Origin: Paraspadella gotoi
Lineage: Eukaryota > Animalia > Chaetognatha
Assembly (NCBI GenBank): GCA_051294375.1
Contig: CM119268.1
Location: 15,439,103 to 15,503,102, forward strand
Length of the DNA: 64,000 nt
Direction of reading: 5' to 3'
The translations under genes were made by a program, and so were the position numbers. The notes under the pieces were generated by a model. It was not told the DNA's origin and searched no databases. It saw only the letters and a list, made by a program, of their open reading frames with translations. The first letter of the stretch is position 1, and each line of letters begins with the position of its first letter. Shown in pieces: positions 39,706 through 54,757 of the stretch.

Positions 39706-42589
39706 AAACGCGGTTGTCCGTTATGGGAGACACTCAAAAGGATGTTGGGTATGGATCGTTTATTGGAAAACGTCTGCAGAAAAAGGAACAGGAAAAATCT
39801 TTTTTCTGAAAACAACCCCCAAGTTTAATCCTTCAGCATATGTACTCTTTGGCTTTTTTGGTCAGAATTACTGGCAATCGTTATCGTAATTATGTTCAAA
39901 AATTTTATTACGCGCCGACACCGCCACCTCCAACCATGTCCGCCCACCGCTACTTTCTTCAGCAGAAACGATGGCGTCATATTGTGACGAAAACGTGGAG
40001 AAGATGGCGTTGTTGATGGCGACTCGGCCGGCGGGGGCGACGGTGGCGGCGGTAGCTCCGGTCAAAAAGGAAAAGGTGACGGGGAGGTAGGCGGTCTCGA
40101 CCGGCGGCGGTGGCGGCGATCAAGTCGCGGCAGGACGACAGGAGCCGACGTAACTCATTGGCATTCAAAACCTTGGTTTGTCCCTTGTCACTGGCATTGT
40201 GCGGCGGGCAGGAACTCTTGGGAGGAGGGGATCAGGGAGAGGAGGAGGAGGAAGAGCGAGAGGAAGAGGAAGGGAAATAAAGGGACGAAGAGAAAAGAAG
40301 AAAACCAAGAAAAGAAAAATAAATGAAATGTGGAGGAGGAGAAGGAGGAGGAGGAGGAGTCATCCTGCAAAGGCACCGAAAGCAGGGGACGAAGATGAAG
40401 TACAACGGGTCAAAGTATAAGAATGGGCGGGTCACAGATAAAGATGACACAAAAAACGAATCTGAATACGGCGATCTTGATGAGTTTGTCAATTCGACCG
40501 TAACGTGACCCGAATGTTCAATGTCGATGGAAAGAGGGAAAGAAGGAAAGAAAAAAATGAAAGAATGAAAAAAAGAATGAATGAATGACGAAAAGAACGA
40601 ATCGATCTATTAACAAAAAAATAAAAATGTAATAGATTATTGAATTAGTGAATTAACGATTTTCAAATTGATGACGATCACGTTTTTAAAATAAGATTTG
40701 CGGTAAAAATAACTTATTTTAATGACTGTCCCTATTCTAATCCTTTCTAAAGCAAAACGTCTTTTACTAGTTTTTTATTACTCTTTTCTTGATCCAAAAT
40801 CTTTTACCCCTCTCTTTCTCTCGCTTTCTTTCTTTCACTCTTTTCTTTTCTTCTCCGGCGGCCATTTTGAAGGGCAGCCATTTTGAAAAGAGGGCTGCGC
40901 CTCTCTCTCTCTCTCTCTCTCCTCTCTCTCATCTCTCATCTCTGTCTCTTCGGCTGTCCAAGGCCCGCCAAATGGCCCTCACGATGCAAGACGCGGACGC
41001 GTAAGCGCCCTTCGAGGCCTCTTGTCCTCTTGCTGCCCTTTGTCAACCTCGTTATCACCGGCGTCGATGTCGAGATCTCTGCTCTCTTCATCTCTCATCT
41101 CTCTCTCTCTCTCTTCTCTCTGCTCTTCTCTCTCCTCTCTACTCTCTCATCGTCTCTCTCCTCTCTCTCTCACTCCTCCTCTCTCTCACGCTCTCTCGCT
41201 ATACGTCTTGGTTGCTTCAAAGGCTCGCTTGGCATCCATTTGGACATTCCCCCATTTCTTGACCCCGTGACACGGGGAGGAGGCCCGTCGTCTCACCCAC
41301 GAACCTCACCCTCTCTCACCCAGACCTTGTCTCTCGGGATCCCCTCTCTCCGCTCCCAACCTTACCCAACCTTACCATTTTTTTTCTTTCCTTCGCCTCC
41401 ACCCACGTCGTCGAATTGGTAATGTCCCAATGTTCGAGTGTCACCTCATTTGGACCCAAATGGGCCTCTTGATACAGTCGTCTTCTCGGCCACGGACGAG
41501 CGGGGATGTCGAACGAGGGTAGTGGGGTGAGTGAGAGGGAAAGTAGGTAGGGGGAGGGCGGCGAGCAAGGGAGGAGGAAAAAGAGGGAAAGGGGGGGCGC
41601 TGCTTACATCAGCACATCAAAGGAGAGAGAAACGCAAAATCGAATCGAGTTTTTCTTTACGTCGTCGTCGAAGAGTTTTTTGCGCTNNNNNNNNNNNNNN
41701 NNNNNNNNNNNNNNNNNNNNNNNNNNNNNNNNNNNNNNNNNNNNNNNNNNNNNNNNNNNNNNNNNNNNNNNNNNNNNNNNNNNNNNNNNNNNNNNNNNNN
41801 NNNNNNNNNNNNNNNNNNNNNNNNNNNNNNNNNNNNNNNNNNNNNNNNNNNNNNNNNNNNNNNNNNNNNNNNNNNNNNNNNNNNNNNNNNNNNNNNNNNN
41901 NNNNNNNNNNNNNNNNNNNNNGGCGAATATTTTCTGATCGCTCGTCCATTCAGATTGGTGATGGATCAAACGAAAAACATCAAAATTGTCTAATTACTGT
42001 ACCAGTACTGAATCGTTCTTTTCTCTCCAGACGTAAAAAAAATACCCTAAAATGCTTTTCCAGTTCTTTTTCGGCTTTAAATTTTGTGCTCTCCTTACTC
42101 TTTTTCCGAGGCTTTTGGTCACCTCGGTTCCATGTAATGGAATCCTCTTTCACGAACAGAAACTTGTCGTTGAATTCCCATTAGACTCGTTCTCGGAGAG
42201 GAGAGGTCCTTTTCAGTCACCCACCCTTTTTACTTTCACCAAACCTTACCTTTGCTCATAAAACCCTTACCCTTCGAACTAAAGATTTCGCCGATTTATT
42301 CATCTTACATTTGTAATAATAGATAGGTGAGGCCGAATCTAAATTGTCATTACTTAACTCCATATATACTTTAAACCTACCAGTTTTCAGTTTGCTTCCT
42401 CCACCCACGTCCTTCCCTTTCTCGTCCTTTCTTTTCTTTTCTTTTTCCTTTCACTTCCTCTTTACTTCATCATCCTTTTCCTCCACATCATGCCGACCTC
42501 ACGTGACCAGGTGAAGGGCGACACAAAGAGAAAAAAATGGATCTCATTACTGCGCGAAAGCGACGAGACGATTTCGGGGCTATTTCTCG

Positions 42590-42681
<92 letters not shown>

Positions 42682-43658
42682 GAGTACATACATCGTACAA
42701 TCTTTATTCTGTGTGTATGAGTTTTGTATGTCTGTTTACGATCTAACTCGTTTTTCACTAATTCCCTACTCTCCCTACGACGAAATCCCCTCTCGTCGTC
42801 CAAAGAGTCCGTAAAGATTTTACCGTCACTTGCCGACCCAATTTCCTGACCTTTCTCTCCCCCCCCCCCAAATAGTTCCATCTCTAGCTGTCGTTCGGCA
42901 ATTTTGGTGTCATTGTTTGCTTTGTATTTTTTACTGCGGCTACTGCTACTGCTACTGCTACTTCGAAAAGATACAAAACTCGGAAATTTTTTTTTATTTT
43001 TATAACTATAAAAACGTAATATTGTGCTTGAAATCGAACGAATTATCTCTCAATTTATTTCATCCATTTTCACTCGCATGTCCTTCCGTTCGCTCCCCCC
43101 TCCGGAGGACTCCAAAAGCCCCTAAACCCCCACTCCACGCGGCCGTTATCTGCTGGGGGCCACAGGGTCGCAGAGCCTTGTTTTGGTCACGTTTCCGGGC
43201 CGATCCGCGCACCGCTTCCCGTTTCCCTTTCTTTTTTTCTTCTTTATTTCTTTGTCTCATTCAATTCTTAATCCGGTCGTTTTTCTCCTTATTCTTCGTT
43301 ATTATGTTCAAACGGTATACATCTGTGTTCGTTATGTATATAAATTATGTTGAGGTAATATTCCAGGTAAAATTAAAAATGAAGCCCATACAAACAAAAA
43401 ATATTTTAACGTTATAATAACAGTTTTGCAGCGAATCAAGTCAAATGTTGTTGGTATATAACTCCGACAATTCATTATAATAATATCTATTCAAGAGCGA
43501 CCAAAAAGGACGGGGACGAAAAATTCGGCGACGAAGACGACGACGAAAACGACGACGAAGACGACGACAACGATGACAAATGGTCCATCCCTTACCGCAA
43601 TTCCTTCCGAATACTTGGATTTTCCTCCCTCTCATCCTTCATCCCGGTGGGCTTTCTT

Positions 43659-43721
<63 letters not shown>

Positions 43722-44447
43722 CTCAGCAGACAGGCACCATTGATGACGACATCGGCGCTGGAGGAAACAAGAGGTTTTGTCTGAGTTTTAAGTGTCTTGG
43801 GTTCTGGTCGGTCATCTCCTCAGTGCCCATTGGGAATCCGGACGGTGGGTTTTCCTGCCAAAAGAGGGTGGAGGGTCGCGGGAGGTGAGGTGTTCAGGGT
43901 TCACCGAGGTTCAAAGTCGTGGCCGTCCACAGTCTCTGCCGGTGAGTGAGTGGAAAATCCCGAGTTCGCGGCCGGCTTCTTGACCAATTGTTTAATGAAA
44001 GAATTCTGAGGTTTTCATTGAACAGAGAACCATAAGCCAAGTCTATTTTGTATAGCGACTAAGATAAAGACGACAACGACAACGACGATCGTGAAAGGTT
44101 GATGGTAGAGAATTTTCAGCATCGTTGAAATCCAGATACTGCGAAGTCGGATTCGTTGGACGGTCAGATTATTATTGAAGTAGAAAGCGGCGGACAATGA
44201 CATCGGAGGTGCGCCAGCCATTTTAAAATAAACGTGGTAGATATTAGTTTTGATATTTAAAAAAAATTAGATTTCATCACACTTTAATTAATTTTCACTC
44301 CCATGGCATCTGCGTGGCAAAACCCAAAAAAGTCGACGAAGCCACGGTGTGAGCTGCGGGTCTAAAGTTTTATGTCGCGTAAACTATACGTATACTGCCC
44401 TTTCAGTTCTGTTCGTTTTCCTCTCTTCTCTCTCTTTCCCTTCCCCA

Positions 44448-44575
<128 letters not shown>

Positions 44576-44699
44576 TCTCCTTTCGCTTTGGGTTCCAGTC
44601 GGTCACACAATTGGTCAGAAGCCTCGAGGGAATTTCGTTGGAATTCGTTCAGAGGTGCGGCGCTGTTCGGCGCGGCGCGGTGCGGTGCTGTGCGGTGCG

Positions 44700-45065
44700 G
44701 CCCCAAGTGACGTCATGTTCCAAAGGGTCACGTGGTCATATGGTTCGCGAGGTTCACGTGATCGTGATATTTCAATTGGTCATGTGATAAAAAGGTTTTC
44801 GGGAATTGGCTTCGAGGATGGCATCGACTACGAAGCTTCGGTCCAGATCTAGCACTTGATTAATGAAATAAATCAATTTATATTTCGGTCTCAAACCTCA
44901 ACCGGAACCTCGGGCATTTAACTTTACTAAGCCCCGTCTTCTGTCTTCCCCCGAGCGCCATTTTCTATCGGTCACGCGCCCTAAGAGAGAAACCGACGAA
45001 AGACACGTGCGCGGGCACGTGATCCTCAGCTGATCACGTGATGCTTTTCGAATCACGTGATGGGA
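44700..45065. promoter_or_regulatory. CRE plus six CACGTG E-boxes
   Basis: TGACGTCA at 44708. CACGTG at ~44729, 44755, 45004, 45016, 45035 and 45054. GTCATGTGA M-box at ~44779. Confidence 0.6.
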
Positions 45066-45918
45066 ACCCGGATGTTAGGGAAAAGAGAGGTTCCTTGATG
45101 ATGGAAAAGGAGAAGGAAGGATGTAGATATTGGAAAATTAAAAAAAATGGACATTGGAAAATGGACATTGAACTGTCATGTCGGAGAAGAACAAGACAAA
45201 ACAACAGTTAAGGGACGTGAAAGCTTTTGAAAACCGGGTGACATTAGAAGTAAAAATTGAAAATTTAAAGGATCAGGAGTTAGGTACAGGAAGAGAGAGG
45301 GAGAGACAAGTGCGAGATGGAGGGAAGGAAAAGGACTCCTGACTCATTGAAGCCAGAGGTGAGTTCCCAAGGGAGACCTGAAAGGACCACTCGGCGTTGG
45401 TCATTCATTGCGTCGGGCCGCGCAAAGCGTCCGCTGGGATTCCAGGTTCTGGGAGGAGAAACCGGAAAGAGGAAGAGGATAGGGAGAAGGTGGGAAGGTG
45501 GGAAGGTGGAGGGATGAGTTTGGGTAAGTTCAAGAAAATTTAGGTTGAAAGAACAAAAAAGTAGCCTATATTGACCGAGACTTGAAAAAAAAATAATACT
45601 AACGTTGATCAGTATGAAAATTATAAAATTGGCCGAAAAAAGAGAAATACAGATTCGTGTTTGTGAATAAATATTAGTATATTGAAAACATTTGATCAGT
45701 CGAATTTCATAAAATAAAGTAGCTAATTTACGTTAAAAATGACATAATAACTTCAATTTACGAATCCCTCAAAATCACGTTCACCGTTTTGATTCGATTC
45801 CATCTATCACCGATCACCACTTCTCCTTTCTTTCACTCAAACGACCCTTGGAGATTCTCTGACTCTCGACTAACGACGTTTCACACTTTTTCGTCTCACT
45901 GACGTTTCCTTCGTCGAC

Positions 45919-46048
45919 GGATCCACCCATCAACCGCGACCCCTGGATCCACCAATCAAACGCGACCACCGGATCCAATCATCAACCATCTCTACCAGAT
46001 CCTCACATCAACCGCGACCACCGGATCCACCCATCAAACGCGACCACT
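45919..46048. repeat. 26-bp minisatellite, 5 units
   Basis: RGATCC at 45919, 45945, 45971, 45997 and 46023. Consensus GGATCCACCCATCAACCGCGACCACC. Confidence 0.9.
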
Positions 46049-46924
46049 GCCAAAAAACCACTCGCCATTCGACGGCGTTGGCGCGCAATTATTTTCACGC
46101 CCCCTCGACCATTGAGACTCGGCAAATTGTCGCGTCGGAGACAAACAAAACGACCCAACATTTCTCCGTTTCAGACTCGGGTTCGTTCTTCGCTTTACAT
46201 TCCTTTTTATTTCTTTCTTTCTTGGGGGGGGGTGAGGGAGAAGGGATGTCTTTAAATTCAATCCTTTGCGTTTATTCTTCGCTCTTTTTCAGATATCACT
46301 GTTGTTCTTTTTCCACTCCCCTTATTTTATCCAATTTCGCTTTTCCCTTCTTTCTCTGAACTCCATCATTGTCCCATCCGAATTTACTTCGCTCCTATCG
46401 CATTTCCCGCTTGTCAAATGTCCAATGTCCATCTCGCACTGTCATTCCATTTCCCTTACGACTACCTTCCTATTTTTATTCTCTCTTTATTTTCTCCCTC
46501 CTCTTTCTCCCCATCTCCCTCTTCTCTTCCATTCTCCTCTTCCTCTTTCGCTCCCTCTTCTCCTTGTCATTCGATGCTTTTCTACTGAGTGGACGACAGT
46601 CGTTAGTAGCGAGGGACTCGACCGGCCTAACGATCTTGACCACCGGCCGGCACCGGCGCTTTTCTCCTTGCGCGCGAATGCGCCAAAGCGGTTCACTGTG
46701 TGTGGAGCGATTCGAAAAAAAAAAAAAAAAACGTATAAATACGTAAAAAAGTGAGGAAGAAAATTCAATTTAAAAGTTTGTGAGATATATAAACAAAGCC
46801 AAATGTAGAGAAAACTAAAAAAGAATGTTAATAAAAAAAAAAATCTAAAAAATCATAAAAACACCCCCCGTCGTTAGAAACGTTTGGACGCGTTTCGCGG
46901 CGCTTTCCGAAGCGTCGGCCATAC

Positions 46925-46938
46925 GTTGCCATGGTTAC
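46925..46938. promoter_or_regulatory. RFX X-box
   Basis: GTTGCCATGGTTAC, close to the consensus GTTGCCATGGCAAC. Confidence 0.55.
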
Positions 46939-47077
46939 GAACAATTGCTCGTCGCCGAGTAATAAAAAAGTTAGTAGTCTTCAAAGGGTGTGAGAGAGGG
47001 GGATAGATGGAGTGCGAGTAGGATATAAAAAAAAACATCTCTGGATAGTGGATACGGTGGGACGGGACTGTTTCTTT

Positions 47078-47119
<42 letters not shown>

Positions 47120-48118
47120 CTCTTCCTCTCTCTCTCTCTCCTATCCTCTTCTCGTCTCTCTCTCTCCTACTCTTCCTCTATGTTCATAGCGCGGCACGGC
47201 CGAGTGCGTCCGTCCGCACGCATCTTATCGCTTCGGGACTTTTCTGTCTCTCTCCTCTCAAAAGCCCCCGCGTGCGCAAGAAGGTTATCCGGATGACAAG
47301 AAATAGGGCAAAGGTGAGGCGGGGGCGATGTCAATCTGCCCATCAGTCGAGCGGGGGGGGGGAGGCAAGGGTTAAAGGGGAATGGGTGCAGGGCAATGGT
47401 GTGGCGGGCCAAAGAGGAGGAGGTGAGGAGGAGGAGGGAGGAGGAGGAGAGCGATCGAGAGAAACTCAGAAGGGAATCTGGTAGAATGCTGAACAGGGTC
47501 GAGACTGGACTTATTTCCATAGGAAATAATTTTTTTTACAAGCCGGAAGACTGAGGATTATTCAAAATGTCATTTACATATTTCATTTCAGATAATACGA
47601 AGTATGATAATACTATAATATATAATAGTGTAATAACACTATAAAGCATTGTTGGCGGAGAGACCCAAAAATTTTAACGACATTAAAAATTTGTTTCAAT
47701 TCTAAAACATAAAATTAATCAATGTTTGAGAAACGGTTCTAATAAAGGAGTGAATTACCAAAGGAAAGAGACGAATAGAAAAGGAGGAAGAGAGAAAAAA
47801 GTAAGAGAGAGTCAGAAAAAGAAATAGATGGGGGAAAAAACTGAAACAAAAGAGGCCGAATGACACGGAGGAACAGACGACGACAAAAAAGTCCAAATAG
47901 ATCTGGACATTCCTTGCATATTGCAAAAGGTCACGGGAAGAGCCACTTGCGAACGAAAAAAGGGAGGGAGATGAAAGAGAGAGAGAGAGAGAGAGAGAGA
48001 AAAGTTACCAAATCCATTTTGACCCTTTTCCTTTTTTTTCTCCTTTTTTCCTTTTGTGCTGATGGTGGCCACTGTTTTGCTGTCACTGAATCATCAGGGA
48101 AATAAATGATGAGAGGAA

Positions 48119-48155
<37 letters not shown>

Positions 48156-51100
48156 GAAACAAAGAATGACTTATAGATGATGTATTAGGGAACGGGGGGT
48201 GACATGTCAGCGGCGCTTCGGAATCCAATTTTAGGAGTAAAGGCTGCGGGTATCAATCTCGAGGGACGCGGCGCCGGCGGCGTTGAAGGATGACCAGGCG
48301 GCGCCGCCCGAAGACGACGAGGGCGGCGTCAAAACCAATGATGGCGCGACTCTATCTACGGCGCCGCCGACAAAGTCAATAACTACGTCGTCGGTGCCCA
48401 TAACCAGCGACGATGCCGGCGCCGTCGGCGACGGCGGAATTGTCGGTGGCGACCCGGAACGCGGCGCTACTAGAGGCGCCGATGAGAACGCCGAATTTAT
48501 TTCATTAAGTCTTCGTGACAAAAAGTGGATTGAATCGTCATTTGGCAAATGACTTAAAAGTGAAGGAAAACAGGGGAGATAGAATGAGTTAACTAAAATT
48601 TTGATAAGATAATCTATATACTGATTATAAGCAAATTAATATCCTAGACTTCAAGTGACTTTGGTCTACAAAAAACCTATTTATGCACCGAAACTACACA
48701 CACTCTTCAAGTGTCGCATTTAATTTCTTTCCAGTCGGAGTCCATTCCTCCTTGTATCCTTTCAAGACACAAATGTCATTTTTCGTCAACTCGTCTTCTT
48801 TTTTTTTTCTCATCCTCATCTCATCTCATCTCCTTCATAATTTCGTCTTCTCCTTTTCAAATATGACTCAGGGACGAGGGTTTTGACACTCCGAGGTCCC
48901 CGGCGCCAAAGGGTCAAGGATTATTTGGATGAGAATGTCACCCAAAATGGTTCCAGAAGTCTCCGCCGCCGTGACAGTTGATTCAGTGAGAAGTGGGGGG
49001 CGGTGGAAGGGGGGCGGGGAGACGGTGGGGGTTTGGAAAGGGTCGTGGGTTGAGTGATGAGTAGAAGTCAGAGATGGTGAATGAGTTAGATCAGGGAGAG
49101 TTAAAGGGTAAAGAAACTGGGTCATAAGTCAGAAAAGGAGAGAGATCAAAACGGGGGTCTTTGCCGATGACATAATTTTATCATTTTGGTTCTCTCTAAT
49201 ATCAAAAAGCTCTTATTACATTATTTTAGTTATATTTCGTTACATAAGTTGCATACATGATAAAATAGCTAAATTTGTTTTACCGATCAATTTTTTTTTT
49301 TTTTAGTGAGCGTCCACATAGCCTTCATTTTTTCTTCATTAGTTCTCTCTCGAATTTTTTAAGTTTTCGCCTTCGACATACGAAGGGAAGATGACATCTG
49401 AGTGACGACCATTGGTAAGAGAAATTAGAAATTATAACAACGCAGGTAATACTNNNNNNNNNNNNNNNNNNNNNNNNNNNNNNNNNNNNNNNNNNNNNNN
49501 NNNNNNNNNNNNNNNNNNNNNNNNNNNNNNNNNNNNNNNNNNNNNNNNNNNNNNNNNNNNNNNNNNNNNNNNNNNNNNNNNNNNNNNNNNNNNNNNNNNN
49601 NNNNNNNNNNNNNNNNNNNNNNNNNNNNNNNNNNNNNNNNNNNNNNNNNNNNNNNNNNNNNNNNNNNNNNNNNNNNNNNNNNNNNNNNNNNNNNNNNNNN
49701 NNNNNNNNNNNNNNNNNNNNNNNNNNNNNNNNNNNNNNNNNNNNNNNNNNNNNNNNNNNNNNNNNNNNNNNNNNNNNNNNNNNNNNNNNNNNNNNNNNNN
49801 NNNNNNNNNNNNNNNNNNNNNNNNNNNNNNNNNNNNNNNNNNNNNNNNNNNNNNNNNNNNNNNNNNNNNNNNNNNNNNNNNNNNNNNNNNNNNNNNNNNN
49901 NNNNNNNNNNNNNNNNNNNNNNNNNNNNNNNNNNNNNNNNNNNNNNAGAGAGAGAGAGAGAGAGAGAGAGAGGAAAGGGACAGGAGGAGGACAAAGGTCT
50001 CCGGCGGGGCCACCCATTGGAAAATTGAGAGGGTCACATTCCATTGAGGGACATTTTCCGTCCGCGGGAGAAAGGGAGAGTGGGACTGGGTCGAGGGGAA
50101 TGTGTTAGGGTGGGTTTAAAGGATGAAGGGAAGTCAAGGTTTGTTTTTATGTTTTTTTGTTTTTCTGATTTTTTTTTCTCCAAACATATGGTATAATCTG
50201 ATTTTTATGTTTTATCATAGTCGAAAGTACGTTTTTGTATCGACAAGATAATGATATGAACTAAGCAGAATTTTTCCTATGTAGAAATATCTCTCTCTCT
50301 CTCTCTNNNNNNNNNNNNNNNNNNNNNNNNNNNNNNNNNNNNNNNNNNNNNNNNNNNNNNNNNNNNNNNNNNNNNNNNNNNNNNNNNNNNNNNNNNNNNN
50401 NNNNNNNNNNNNNNNNNNNNNNNNNNNNNNNNNNNNNNNNNNNNNNNNNNNNNNNNNNNNNNNNNNNNNNNNNNNNNNNNNNNNNNNNNNNNNNNNNNNN
50501 NNNNNNNNNNNNNNNNNNNNNNNNNNNNNNNNNNNNNNNNNNNNNNNNNNNNNNNNNNNNNNNNNNNNNNNNNNNNNNNNNNNNNNNNNNNNNNNNNNNN
50601 NNNNNNNNNNNNNNTCACCCCCAGTGGTCACCCGACCTCCACTCTTTTCACAAAAGCTCACATTATTCTCGTCACATCTTTTTTTTTCGCCGCTACAGAA
50701 CAGCGTNNNNNNNNNNNNNNNNNNNNNNNNNNNNNNNNNNNNNNNNNNNNNNNNNNNNNNNNNNNNNNNNNNNNNNNNNNNNNNNNNNNNNNNNNNNNNN
50801 NNNNNNNNNNNNNNNNNNNNNNNNNNNNNNNNNNNNNNNNNNNNNNNNNNNNNNNNNNNNNNNNNNNNNNNNNNNNNNNNNNNNNNNNNNAAGGTAAAAT
50901 AAAGATAAAATAAGGTGTAAAAGAAAAGAGAAAGGAAGAAAGATAAAGAAGGATAAATTAACAATGTTTTAAATTATTTAAAAACCAAGTAAAAATTTAC
51001 TCAAAAAATCATAGGCTAATCCAAGGGATAAGCAAAGAAAATATATGAAGAGAGAAAGAGAGACAAGAAGAAAGAGACAGAGAGCGAGAGAAGAGAAGAA

Positions 51101-51366
51101 AAAAGGAAATCATTGGCTTTGCTCAACCTTTATTCCATCACTCGGGTCAGACCGCAGTTCCAGCATCTAAAACGAAGTGCTGACATAAAAGGTCTCCAGC
51201 CGAGGAGACGATGGGGGGATGGAGGGTGAGGAGCTGGTGGGGGGATTCGTCGATCGCTCTCCCCCCCAATCCCGTCGCCCACCCGCCGATCCACGCCCAC
51301 CTCCGGCGATGGAGAGGGGGTGACCTGAATATTGATCTTGGCGCTGAAAATGAAGCCGGAATATTT

Positions 51367-51442
<76 letters not shown>

Positions 51443-51569
51443 TTGTCCGTGTCGAGGGTGTTAAGTCCGGTCACAATCCGGACACATGTGGCGCGGCCAC
51501 CGCAGCGACGGTGATGGAGGAAAGGGAGGAAAGGAAAGAAAAGGAAAAAGAAAATGAATGAGATTCTTT

Positions 51570-51607
<38 letters not shown>

Positions 51608-52984
51608 CCCGCTGAGACCGGTCATCGTCGATGTGAGGGATTTCATTTTAATTCCAACTTTTCTTTTCACTATTTTTCGTTTCCTTCGCTTTCCTCTTTC
51701 ACGTTTATTAGTTATATTAAAAAGCTTTGCCTAATTATGTTCTATTTCTTTAACTTACGTGTTAATTGTCTTTATTCAGTTTCATGTTTATTCTTCATCC
51801 TGTTTTAAAAATTATTTGAAGAAGAACACAATCAAGCTACTAGTTCCATAGAAGTAGCCTCNNNNNNNNNNNNNNNNNNNNNNNNNNNNNNNNNNNNNNN
51901 NNNNNNNNNNNNNNNNNNNNNNNNNNNNNNNNNNNNNNNNNNNNNNNNNNNNNNNNNNNNNNNNNNNNNNNNNNNNNNNNNNNNNNNNNNNNNNNNNNNN
52001 NNNNNNNNNNNNNNNNNNNNNNNNNNNNNNNNNNNNNNNNNNNNNNNNNNNNNNNNNNNNNNNNNNNNNNNNNNNNNNNNNNNNNNNNNNNNNNNNNNNN
52101 NNNNNNNCCAAACTTTAGTCTCATTCTTTTGTCCACCACTGGGACCCGAGAAAACGGAAATCCTCTGGCGCCGCCGCCGCCGCTGCCGACGCCGCCGACG
52201 ACGACGCAGCTGATTTGCAATTTTCCGATTCGGACGCGACAAGAGGACGTGGGGCCGTCACCATGGAGACCGAAGGCCTTGGATTCCTTCGGTTTGGTAA
52301 CGAGAGACCTACATTTTCGGTCTCCTTCGAGGCGACGAGGGGTGAAAGGTTGGGATTAAAGGGAGAATTATCGAGCGAAAAACAAAAAAGGGGGAACATT
52401 CGTCATTTGGGTTTTTCCTTTGGTTTTTGTTTGTTTTTGTTTTGGTTTTAAAGGATTAATGTTGTTTTAAATATGTAGAGATTGAACGTGAACCAAAATA
52501 GGACATGACAGATGGAATTAAATTTCATACTTATTATATCCCCTGTGTTTTAGTGACCTTTTCAGGACTCTAATTTATAGTGGAGCTAAATTAATGAGCA
52601 TCAAGTAATACCATTCGGAAACGGTTAAAAGGATTAAATCTTATGTTCATCTTGTTTTTTGTGCCAAGTTGCCAACCGCTTATTAACTAAACGTCAAATT
52701 TTCTGTAAAGTTTTTTTTTTTTAATTTGTAATCAATAAGTAAGTAATAATAATAATAATCTAAACTATTGTTTGCTCTTATCGTCTTTTAATTACAAACC
52801 GCGAACTGCTTTTCTTTAAAATAATCAACAATATGCAAAGTTGAAAGTTGATTTATTTTGTTAAGCTTTTATAAGCAAACCGATTCTAAATCGACTTTTT
52901 GTTTTACGTCACTCCCCTTTACCCACATCCTCTGAGAGAAAGAGAGAGAGGAGAGAGAGAGAGATGAGAGAGAAGAGAGAGAGG

Positions 52985-53021
<37 letters not shown>

Positions 53022-54052
53022 GAGGAAGATCGTCTCGAGAGACCGAAGATNNNNNNNNNNNNNNNNNNNNNNNNNNNNNNNNNNNNNNNNNNNNNNNNNN
53101 NNNNNNNNNNNNNNNNNNNNNNNNNNNNNNNNNNNNNNNNNNNNNNNNNNNNNNNNNNNNNNNNNNNNNNNNNNNNNNNNNNNNNNNNNNNNNNNNNNNN
53201 NNNNNNNNNNNNNNNNNNNNNNNNNNNNNNNNNNNNNNNNNNNNNNNNNNNNNNNNNNNNNNNNNNNNNNNNNNNNNNNNNNNNNNNNNNNNNNNNNNNN
53301 NNNNNNNNNNNNNNNNNNNNNNNNNNNNNNNNNNNNNNNNNNNNNNNNNNNNNNNNNNNNNNNNNNNNNNNNNNNNNNNNNNNNNNNNNNNNNNNNNNNN
53401 NNNNNNNNNNNNNNNNNNNNNNNNNNNNNNNNNNNNNNNNNNNNNNNNNNNNNNNNNNNNNNNNNNNNNNNNNNNNNNNNNNNNNNNNNNNNNNNNNNNN
53501 NNNNNNNNNNNNNNNNNNNNNNNNNNNNNNNNNNNNNNNNNNNNNNNNNNNNNNNNNNNNNNNNNNNNNNNNNNNNNNNNNNNNNNNNNNNNNNNNNNNN
53601 NNNNNNNNNNNNNNNNNNNNNNNNNNNNNNNNNNNGAGAGAGAGAGAGAGAATCTTCTTGTTAGAACGATAAAAAAGTCATTGTTGAATCAATATACGGT
53701 TAGATGCCAGTTTTCGAAACCAGGAGAGTGAAACTTCAACAACTATTACGATATTCGGCATAACTAACTGTTCTTGGTTGACTCACCTCAGTCTATTTAC
53801 TTCTTTTTGAAAGTTTCTCGTTTTATCGCTCAGCCTGAGATCGCGCGCGCCTTTTTTAAAAAGAAAAGAGCATCCGAAGTGAGAAACGAAAGGCGCAAGG
53901 GGGGAGAAGTGGCGAGAGGGGCCTGGACAGAATTTGAATCATTGATGGCGCCAAAGTTGCTTCGGCCAAAAGAAAAAAAAAGATCTAAATCCTTGATGTT
54001 CCTTCGAGACGCTAGAGGCCAGATGCGACGCCCCGCCGAAAAAGATGGCGGA

Positions 54053-54148
<96 letters not shown>

Positions 54149-54663
54149 TAGGCAAACGTTTTATTCTTGTAATTTTTTAATCAGATATTAAAGCCAAATA
54201 ACTCAATTAAAATGCCGACGAAACACTGGCCAAAGTTGAACTTCGAACCTGGAAAAGATAAAGCTGAAGAAAAAGGAGAGAACTGGGGAAGAAAGTGAGA
54301 CAGAGACAGAGATATCTCAAATCGCAATTTCTTGGTTGTCGACTGAAAATCCTGACAAGAAGCTTCTCAAAAAAATAAGGAAGATTCTTATCTAAGTGAG
54401 AAGGAGAAAAGTAAGAAAGAGTGAGAGAGGAAGAGAAAAATCGAAAGAAAGAGTGAGAGAGCGTAAGATAAAGAGAGAGCGCCAACCCGGCTGACAACCA
54501 AGAAAGTTGAAACGACAATGTCAAATCCTGGGCGTCTGGTAAAAAGATGAAGTCTGGCGAAATATCGCACGTAGTTGCGGAGCTATTTTCTAGCAAGAAA
54601 AAAGAAAATATTCCGAAATTTTCATGTTCCGAACGTTCGATGTTGATCTCGCGGACAACTTGT

Positions 54664-54757
<94 letters not shown>

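Noticed and set aside
44015-44221. 68-aa hydrophobic ORF with aaaATGG start
   Set aside because: Hydrophobicity derives largely from a (GTC/GTT)n run, and the start doubles as a YY1-like motif. No other support.
45919-46048. CRISPR array
   Set aside because: Contiguous tandem units without spacers, in a eukaryotic context with no cas genes.
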